NCBI GenBank assembly: GCA_010909165.1 | Contig: VJWM01000417.1 | Coordinates: forward strand, 1-13,081 | Reading direction: 5' to 3' | Length of the DNA stretch: 13,081 bases | DNA from: Anthoceros angustus | Taxonomy: Eukaryota; Plantae; Anthocerotophyta | Part shown: piece by piece, positions 1 to 7,779 of the stretch | Layout: each line of letters starts with the position of its first letter | Position numbering within the stretch: the first letter of the stretch is position 1 | Notes under the pieces: generated by a model | Seen by the model: only the letters and a program-made list of their open reading frames with translations | Database searches by the model: none | Told to the model about the DNA's origin: nothing | Made by a program: the position numbers and the translations under genes

Positions 1-157
1 AACGGCTATACACACGCCTGAGGGCCTGCACGCTTAATTCGCCATTTCGTGCGGAAGCAGATTGTGCCGCCGAGCACCAGCAGATGCAGGAAGAGATGGC
101 TTGTGCCGCCGCTCACGGATGTGTATGCTACAAGATCCTGTACTGTGACACCACTCA

Positions 158-325
158 CCCTAAACCCTACACCCACTATAGCCTCGCTCGATCTCTCTCT
201 TATAGACCAACAGCCACAAGCCAACAAGATGCGCAGCAATGCGCCTACCGGACGGATAGGGGGCACCACCGTGAGCGGTCCAAGTGAGGCAAAGGAGGCG
301 GGGGAGGAAGGAGGGACGTGTGGGC
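158..325 (-). promoter_or_regulatory. Promoter-like segment in the DNA flanking the chromovirus
   Basis: CTATAAG on - (199-205), telo-box TAGGGTTT ~30 nt downstream (162-169), and an ACGTG core upstream (~316-320). Short motifs only. Confidence 0.25.
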
Positions 326-498
326 AAGAGCAACGGAACAGGACATGAAATGGGAAGCAAGGGCAAGGAAACAATGGTACAAACAAATACGCACAACCCG
401 GCCCCGATTTGATTTGGGAGTTAAGATTGAATGACCGATTCGCTCCGTATTGCGAGGTTCATATGCGGGTAGGCAACCTCAAAATAGGGCGGATACGC

Positions 499-1127
499 TG
501 TTGTCGACATCCTAAGTTTGAAACCCCTAATCACTGGGGTGAAAGGCCAACCAAAATCGCGACATAAGTAACACCTCAACGGGTGGGGAAACCACGCATT
601 AGAAGCAAAACGAGAGTAATAAATTAGCACTAGACACAAGACTAGGCCTCCAAGTAGCCTCTTCTTCTAGGAGGACTCAGCAGACAAAGACCTTTGCCAC
701 CGCTTCTTATTCTCAAATCACGAGTCAACAAGAACATACAGAAATGAGGGGCTAGAGAGAACTCCCATCTTTGCCTAAGCTAGGAGCTTAGCTCTCTTCA
801 CTTGACCTCCTCCACAAAGCTCCTTCACAGACTCCCTTGTGCTCATACCCAAGCAACAAGTGCTCTCAAGGCATAAGCATCAAGCTCCTCAAGGCAACCC
901 AAGCAACAAGTGCTCTCAAGGTTGAACTGCTCGCCTTTTAGCCTGTACAGGTCTCCTTTATACTCAAGCCCTAGCTACAATCTTAGTAACTACTTACTTA
1001 AGCTTTAAGCTATTATTTACTACCACACTTCCTAGGGCTGCATGCTTAACATGCTCTTAGTAAGTCGCTCTTCTAAACATGCCTCGCATGGAGCTTTCTT
1101 GCAAAGCACTCAAGCCAACTTTGTTAC
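499..1127 (-). repeat. Putative 3' LTR of the chromovirus
   Basis: Starts right after the PPT (minus strand AGTGGGGAGGAA|GTAACAA; the initial T of TG appears missing). Has a TATA-like GTATAAAGG on - at ~955-963 and ends in ...GTCGACA (502) or ...GACAACA (499). The second LTR is not in the window, so the left boundary is uncertain. Confidence 0.55.
847..921. repeat. Three ~25-bp tandem units inside the LTR
   Basis: ACCCAAGCAACAAGTGCTCTCAAGG is identical at 847-871 and 897-921, with a diverged unit CATAAGCATCAAGCTCCTCAAGGCA at 872-896. Confidence 0.85.
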
Positions 1128-1139
1128 TTCCTCCCCACT
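1128..1139 (-). other. Polypurine tract of the Gypsy element
   Basis: Minus strand AGTGGGGAGGAA directly after the end of the pol frame. Confidence 0.75.
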
Positions 1140-1300
1140 AGGAAGAATCACGCCTCTGATAACCAGAGCAATCATCCAGAGCCTTCGGATATCCTCTAGT
1201 GTTACCCAAAGGTATTGAGATCCCACGCAACTTTACCATGTATTGTGGTAGAGTTCCACGTCGTAGCCACGCTACCTTTGCAAGGAATTCTTCAATCTCC
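1140..1300 (-). pseudogene. Integrase C-terminal chromodomain (frameshifted)
   Basis: EIEEFLAK...QYMVKLRG then, after a frameshift, WVTLEDI. This fits the chromodomain pattern E.E.IL...YLVKW.G...W...E.L at the expected position after the GPY motif. Confidence 0.55.
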
Positions 1301-1399
1301 GATCCTTGATCATGCCGCACGAGGATACATACTTCCCGTCCATGTCCTCTTTCTCCTTGCGCACAAATGGCTTCGATTGATACATGAAACACATTGTGT

Positions 1400-2400
1400 G
1401 CAAAAATCCAATCCCGGCAAGTCCAACTTATAAGCGACTTCTCCAATGCGCTCAGGACAACATAAGGACCTCCATACTTTGGCCTCAACTTTAGAGACAA
1501 ACCTTGGGGCGTGTGAAATGCTTCAATTTCACCCAAACCTTATCCCCAACATTGAAGAGTTTCTCGTGCTTATCAAGATATCTCTTTGACGCTTGAGCCT
1601 TGGCTAATATCTTTTGGCAATCTCATGCCTAGCCTTCAACAACAAATTGGCGTGGATCTCGTGGTAGTATCGAAAACTTGGATTTAGCATGGATACTACA
1701 TCCAGTGCTGAGTTTCCACTTATCTCAAAGGGACTATATCCCAGGGAGCTATGTATTGTGTTATTGTAACAAAACTCCGCATCATCAAGATAATCGGCCC
1801 AATCTCTCTGATCAATCTGCACATTGTGCCTCAAGTATTCTTCTTGGATTCGGTTGACTCGCTCAGTTAACCCATCAGTATCTGGATGGTATGCAATACT
1901 CATGCATAACTGCACATTCAAACTTCTCATCAAGTGCCAGAATTCTCCTGTGAATCTTGGATCTCTATCACTCACAATGCAGGGGGCAAGCCATGATACT
2001 TGTACACATACTTCTTGAACAAGTTGGCGCCTAAGCGTCACTCGCTTGTGGGGATGAAGTGCGCTTGTGTGAACCTATCCACCGTCATGATAGTATATAA
2101 CCATTCGGGAGGCAAAGGCATGATGAAGTCCATAGAAATACTTTTCCATGGCCCTCTTGGAATAGGTAGGGAAATAACAAACCTCTTGGTTTAGCTTTCT
2201 ACCTTATCCTGGCGACAAACAGACATGCCTTGACATAGTCTAATGTATCTTGATACATTCCTCGCCAAGAAAAACTTCTTCAACTTCTCATAAGTTGAAT
2301 CACCTCCATGATGCAGACTTGGCACATCATGACATTGAAGTAACTTCTTCTTCAAGCCTAAGAGTTAGGAATCACAACTCTCTGCTTTGTATATCAACAA
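1400..2400 (-). pseudogene. Gypsy integrase (HHCC Zn finger, rve core, GPY/F motif), frameshifted
   Basis: CHDVPS.HHGG..TY...C..CRQDK (~2205-2335); PIPRGPWKSISMDFIMPLP; IVSDRDPRFTGEFW; AYHPDTDGLTERVNR; FCYNNTIHSSLGYSPFE; KLRPKYGGPY; HNVFHVS. Confidence 0.95.
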
Positions 2401-2539
2401 ACCATCTACGAGTTTGAACTTGCTTCCTTTCTCGCCACCCCATTCATCCGTCCGAGGATCTTGCATAAGCTTCCTTAATCTCTTTGTGAGTATCCACAGG
2501 CTCAATCACACTTGCCATTGCCTTGCCCTTGACTGTTTG

Positions 2540-3720
2540 CGACTCAACGCATACAACCTTATTCTCCTTTCCGTTTGTATTTGAGTCACATCATACATAG
2601 CTAGGAAATCACGCCATCTAGCTTGTCTCGCATTCAACTTCAATTGGTTGGAGTAGTATCGATATTATCGATTACACACGACAAAAGACCTACCCAAGAG
2701 ATAGTGCCTCCAAGCCCGGATGTAGTCATTTTCTTCTCATAGGTGGGATACTTCATCTCATAAGGATGCAACTTCCTTGACTCAAAAGCTAACGGCTTTT
2801 GGTCCCGCATCAAAACTCCACCTATAGCCATGTCTGAGGCATCACAATACACTTCTACATCTTTCTTGGGGTAATACATTCCCAACACCGGAGTAGTACT
2901 CAACTTTTCTTTCAAGTATTCAAAGGCTACTTGACAATCAGCATCCCACTTCCAAGCTTTTGATGTTTTCAAGAGGTCAGTTATGGGGGCTGCTATCTTA
3001 GCAAACATATGTACAAACCTCCACATGTAAGCCAAACCCATAAAGCTCGTACCTCATGAATGTGCCAATCTTGAATGGCTTTAACTTTATCAGATCCATC
3101 CGATGCCCTCAGAGACAATAAAACCTAAGAATGGAATCTCTTGACAAAAATCACACTTCTTGATTGCCAAGAACAAAGAATTCTCTCTTAGCTTTTGTAA
3201 CACTTCTCTTAAGTGTTCAAAGATGTTCCTCCAAGGTATGGCTAAAGATCAAAATGTCATCCGATAGATTACAACACACTTGTCCACGGATCTATGAATA
3301 TAGTATTCATAAGTCTCAAATGTGGGTGCATTAGTAAGTCCAAATGGCATGACCAAATTCAAAAGCCCCATACACCGGTCCTACAAGTGCTTTTGTACTC
3401 ATGCCCCTCAAGAATCGATCCGATAGTACCATCGATCCACTTGGTGAAATACTTGGCACCCTTCAACTCGAAACATATCATCCATTCTAGGCAAAGGATA
3501 TGCATTCTTGATTGTAATCGATTAGAGCTAATCCATAATAACTGAGTCCTCCATTCTTTTGCGTGAACAACAAAGCGCACCAAAGGAGACTTAGAAACTC
3601 GACATATCCCTTTGCCAACGTTGGATAGTTGTCGCTGAGTTCTTGCAACTCATCCTGACAATCTATACGGTGCTCTTGAAGGAGGCGTACTCGGCTTCAA
3701 TTCAATCTCATGATCTACCA
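2540..3720 (-). pseudogene. Gypsy reverse transcriptase plus RNase H, frameshifted
   Basis: GAKYFTK; VMPFGLTNAP; CVVIY[L]DDILIFS at ~3241-3278 with one base missing; IPFLGFIVS; FAKIAAPITDLLK; YCDASDMAIGGVLM..KPLAFESRKL; LNARQARW..FL. Confidence 0.95.
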
Positions 3721-3929
3721 CTCCATGCTTGTACTTCTTTTGGGATGTCTTTCACCTCTGGAATCTTCTTCTAGACCATCCTCTAGTCCTTGGAGTACAA
3801 CTAAGTATAGCTCCTTCTTTTCCGAGATCCTTCTTAAGCTCTCTTTTGAAATCAACATCTTGATGGAGTCTCAAGCTCGGCTAACACTAGCACAACTCAC
3901 CTTGTGCTTCTGGATATCTCAATAGTGCG

Positions 3930-4240
3930 AGACTTAACATCCATATACACTTCATTGGATCTCATCCACTGGGCCTAAGATGATATCATGGTCATCCATC
4001 TGACGATCGTGAAACTCTCATTTCCTTGCCATGCTTGACTTGCAGCTTTACTCCATGCAATTCACCGAAATTGTGAGTCCCTTTAGCTTGCTTGATTCCA
4101 TATGGCGTGGAAGTTTCGTCCATTCAAGACCAAGCTCTCTTGCCTTACTAGGAGTTATAAAATTGTGGGTGCAGAATCCAACAACAACTCTACATCTAAG
4201 CCATTCATCTTCCCACATATATACATGAGATCTCCACCTT
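3930..4240 (-). pseudogene. Retropepsin aspartic protease, frameshifted
   Basis: MYICGKMNGLDVELLLDS[GAT]HNFI-like active site at ~4160-4230, and a downstream DHDIILG..W flap motif at ~3965-3995. Confidence 0.85.
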
Positions 4241-4379
4241 TCCTCATTATAGTGTCATCCTTGACACTAGATGACTCACCACATGTCTTCACAACATGTG
4301 GCACACGGCTCCTCGAAGTTCTTGAATCCGGCTCTTGGAGCAGTGGATTGGCAGCAAGCAAATTCAAGTTGGGAGCTCC

Positions 4380-5148
4380 AACATGTGGACAATTCCTAGC
4401 AAAGTGTCCTGTCTCTCCAAACAACACACACCGAGCTAAATCGTGCCTTCCACGACCCTGTTATCTCCTCTAGCTCCTCGCCGAGTCTCATTGGTTCCAC
4501 TATTCAGGTGGTGGTAGCTCGTCCTCCTCTAGATCTACCCCGAGACCTAGGATATCTTCCTCTTGATACGGTGCCTCTTGAATAAACATATCCGGTATAG
4601 CATCCGCCGCCGCCATGGCCTCTTGCGTGTTTGAGGATTAGTCAAAGCTATCCTATTTTGAGCCCATCTCTTAAGGCCGTGATAAACTTGTGGAGTTTGT
4701 CCGCTCATGCATCTCTGGACATTGCAAGACAATAGAGCTAAACTCACTCACATACTCCCGCAAAGTTCCGATGCTTGACATTGTCGAGCATCCTTGCCAA
4801 ACTCTGCATTAGCGGGTTGGAAACGAGTTGTGCTTGCTTGAAGTCCCATGTGAAGATTGTGGCTGCGATTGCCTTGCCTTACGTTCTCAACGTAAGTCCT
4901 CCACCAAGTAAGAGCATAATCCTCTAAGAAATTCGTGATTTGCTTCACGTACTCATCTGCACCGCATGATTCGAGGTACGCCCAAAGAGAAAAAACCAAG
5001 AGCTGATTTTCTCTACATCACGCTCGCCTTCGTAAGTATTTGGGGCCTGTATGCTCAGCCTCAACTTCTTAGACTTTTTGGCGGGACTGCTCTCAGGCTC
5101 AGGCTCCACTTCTTCTGGCTCTTCTTCAACGAGCTTTCTGAAGGATCG
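4380..5148 (-). pseudogene. Gypsy gag (capsid-like region plus Zn knuckle), N-terminus cut off at 5148
   Basis: APNTYEGERDVEKISSWF; FLEDYALTWWR; knuckle RCVLFGETGHFARNCP at ~4385-4432 (CCHC with the second C read as F). Confidence 0.88.
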
Positions 5149-5394
5149 TGTAGCAGCACATGATGGTGGAAAGAGGAGAGGAGAGGAGGAGGCAAGTGTA
5201 GCTCTCTTACATTGAGATGAGGCTTGGAGGGTATTTATACCCTCCAATAGGGCTCCCTAGGAAGCTCCACAAGAAGCTCCTAGGAAGGAGCACAAGAAGC
5301 TTCCTAGTGATTAGCTTCAACCGATGATACTTAATCGACACCTAACTTAGACTAAGTGTATTAGTCTAAGTACATTGGGCTTTTAATACCCACA
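5149..5394 (-). repeat. Copia 3' LTR (~246 bp)
   Basis: Minus strand begins TGTGGG at 5394 right after the PPT, contains GTATAAATA, and ends ...GCTGCTACA at 5149, where gag-like codons resume. Confidence 0.7.
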
Positions 5395-5405
5395 ACCTCC
5401 CACTT
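5395..5405 (-). other. Copia polypurine tract
   Basis: Minus strand AAGTGGGAGGT|TGTG, a typical Copia PPT/LTR junction, ~50 nt after the RNase H end. Confidence 0.8.
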
Positions 5406-5439
5406 AAAGGCCAATTTACTTCAGAGGAGAATGGACTAT

Positions 5440-6503
5440 CTCATGCCCATCGTCCGGAGCTTGTAAATTGTTCGTGAGAGTCCCTTGGTAAGAATATCTC
5501 AGGTTCTGGTGTGAACCTTGACAAGTTGACAAGTTGTACTGTCATCTAACACCTCTCGAATGAAGTGATACTCACATCCACATGTTTAGTCTTCGCATGA
5601 AACACTTTGGATTCTTTGCCAATTGGATAGCTATCACACAAGATAACATTGGCAGCTCAACCTTGATCCCCAAGTCTCCCACTAAACGAGCAAGCCATAT
5701 CCTTGCAAGCCTTAGTTGTCGCAACATACCGCCTCTGGTAGATAGCGTAATGCACGATCGCAAACGAGATCGCCATGAGAGATCGCCCCTCCAAAGGCAC
5801 GTGAAGACAACTCGATATGGACCTTCTTTTGTCCATATCCTCGCATAATCGATCTGTACCCAACCACATGCATCTTCATTACCAAAACATATGCACAAAG
5901 CTTTTGTACCATTCGGATACCTCATAACTCCTTTTATCGCCTCCCAATGCTTCTTGCGTGGTTTGACATATAAACTCGCTAACCACTCCCACCGCAAAGG
6001 CAATGTGACGCGATGCAATCATTGATACATCAAACTCCCCTACAGATGAGTATGGACCTTCTCATTTCACTTTGTCCTCCTCGTAGCATAATCATTGAAA
6101 GTTTCACATATGGAGGCAATGGAGTACCCAATGGCTCTTCTCCATGTTGAAACGTTGAAGCACCCTATTAATGTATTCCGTCTGAGACAAATAAAGCACT
6201 TATGTCTCGTTCGAAATACGCATGCCAAGTATATGGCTCGCCTCTCCCAAGTCTGTCATTATTTCAAAGTGAGCATTCAACTTTGACTTCAACAAATCTC
6301 ATCAAGATCGCTTTCCAAAGAATTAGCATATCATGCACATACAGGATCAAAATGAGCAAGCTTTGACCCTTAGCACTTTGTATAGAGACAATGATCCTCT
6401 ACGCTCGAGCCTTGAGAAAGCATAAATGAGTGGAACTTGTGATACCACTCTCTGCCTGTTTCAAACCATAAAGGCTCTTCCTCAACCTCTGACACGAGAT
6501 GCT
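5440..6503 (-). pseudogene. Copia pol fragment: RT (RVT_2 type) C-terminal part plus RNase H, frameshifted
   Basis: HLV[C]RLRKSLYGLKQA..EWY; LILILYVHDMLI (YVDD read as YVHD, 6330-6341); PYSSVGSLMY; HWEAIKGVMRY; SWRSRL; AIQLAKNP..H..TKHVDV.YHFIREVL; KVHT..N[PA]DILTKGL. Confidence 0.95.
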
Positions 6504-6910
6504 TGTGGTTTGGGAAACCCGGGCACCCCAGGTCCTCCCACTATAGCGCCACACTTATCCCAATCGCCGCCAGACGCTGGGTTTCGGCCCCATGAGACTT
6601 GTGTGAAAGTTCGAGGCCTTGTGATCACCGATCGCCACCGCAGAGACACTTCTCACCTTCTAAAGCAAGGCGCCTCTACTCTCCTCTTACAGTGCACCAC
6701 TTGCATCGCTCAAAAATCGCCAATCCTCGACCTACAACGACACAAACACCAGGTGTCCCGCCTCAAGAGGAGCCTATCACGGCGCCTGTGGACCCCGATC
6801 CACACCGCGATTTCGTCCCTACTTAAGACCACTTCTCCACCTGTGGAGCTTTACTTGGGATTTGGGATTGGCCCCTTAGGCTCGCCTGTGGCCTTCCACC
6901 AACACCTACA
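6504..6910 (-). repeat. Candidate 3' LTR of the third element
   Basis: Minus strand: purine-rich run 6960-6911, then TGTAGG..., CCAAT, and an end ...GGGTTTCCCAAACCACA at the Copia junction. The PPT is imperfect and there is no second copy to confirm it. Confidence 0.35.
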
Positions 6911-7530
6911 CCTCTAATCCTCTACTCATCTTCTCATCTTCATCCTCTTCCTCCTATTCTAACCTCGGCCATTTTCGACCGCCACGGCACAACCCGCCTG
7001 GGTCCCTCCACCGTTTCTTCCTTGGCTATGTGAGTTTGACACTGTGACAATGAACCTCCAGGAGTCTTTCCCCGTAGTCTACCCTCAAGCCGAGAGTTCC
7101 CGGCATTGCCACACACCCAAAGCAAAGCAATTTCACAGAACCATTCACAAGGGGAGCAACTGCTTAGGCACTTGCAGAGCAAGTCCTCCACCAAGCACTC
7201 CGACCACCGCGACTTCCTCTCTACTGACGTTGCTGGCTCCACACGAAATTCCTCCAGAATGGCAAAGGACTGAGGGTGGCGCAAGACATGATACTTTACT
7301 TTGTGAAATCCTCCTCCTCTTATAGGAGGCCTTCCACATACAACCTCCCTTGGGTGACCCTACCGCAGTCACCTTTTCCAATTTTCTATTATTTCCTACC
7401 GATTTAATGTCCGCACCTAAGTCTATTGTCCGATCCTTGGTAAATTCTATTCTAGTAACTTCACCTAAGACCATCCTTGAAGGATGTCACATCACCGTCC
7501 TTCCTTCTATAGCTCATTTATGGTCATTGA
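6905..7530 (-). pseudogene. Frameshifted ORF remnant of unknown function ('ORF C'; may be the C-terminus of ORF B)
   Basis: Overlapping minus-strand ORF pieces 7145-7474 and 6940-7284 have globular-looking composition and end in an acidic tail EEEDEDEKMSRGLEV*. Confidence 0.35.
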
Positions 7531-7729
7531 CCATTCTAGTCCTTCACCTGGGTGTGTGTCTTGTGGATTGGCTCTCGCCTCCTTTTGCTCTTGCCCCTTC
7601 CCGCCTCTTCTTCCAATGTGTGGGCACAATCTGCCCTTCCTCCATCTCCGCGGGCGCCTGATCTCCTTCCCCGCCCGCCTCCGCCTAGGCGCCTTTTTCT
7701 CCACCTGGTCGCGCCTGCTCATCAAGACC

Positions 7730-7779
7730 CTACCTGTAGTCCGCGGACTACCGGTAGGTCACTACCTACCATGGTAGTC
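7730..7779. repeat. Cluster of overlapping palindromes (CTACC..GGTAG family)
   Basis: GTAGTCCGCGGACTAC (16-bp perfect, 7736-7751), CTACCGGTAG (7748-7757), CTACCATGGTAG (7766-7777), CTACCTGTAG (7730-7739). Confidence 0.85.

Larger units (their letters stand above)
499..5148 (-). mobile_element. Ty3/Gypsy chromovirus LTR retrotransposon, 3' portion (5' end displaced by the Copia insertion)
   Basis: Minus-strand domain order is gag-PR-RT-RNaseH-IN-chromodomain, followed by a purine tract and a non-coding LTR-like region. Integrase after RT/RH is the Gypsy arrangement. Confidence 0.93.
5149..6503 (-). mobile_element. Ty1/Copia LTR retrotransposon, 3' fragment nested in the Gypsy gag
   Basis: RT and RNase H are followed directly by a PPT and a TG...CA LTR with no integrase in between, which is the Copia order. 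Confidence 0.92.

Noticed and set aside
4945-5247. ORF 4945-5247 as the true gag start
   Set aside because: It is chimeric: its first ~33 codons lie in the Copia LTR and only the part below 5149 is gag.
6740-6900. NAC-domain-like WKATG...LVF peptide on -
   Set aside because: Only a 5-residue match, bracketed by stops and with the wrong spacing to LVF; the region fits an LTR end at least as well.
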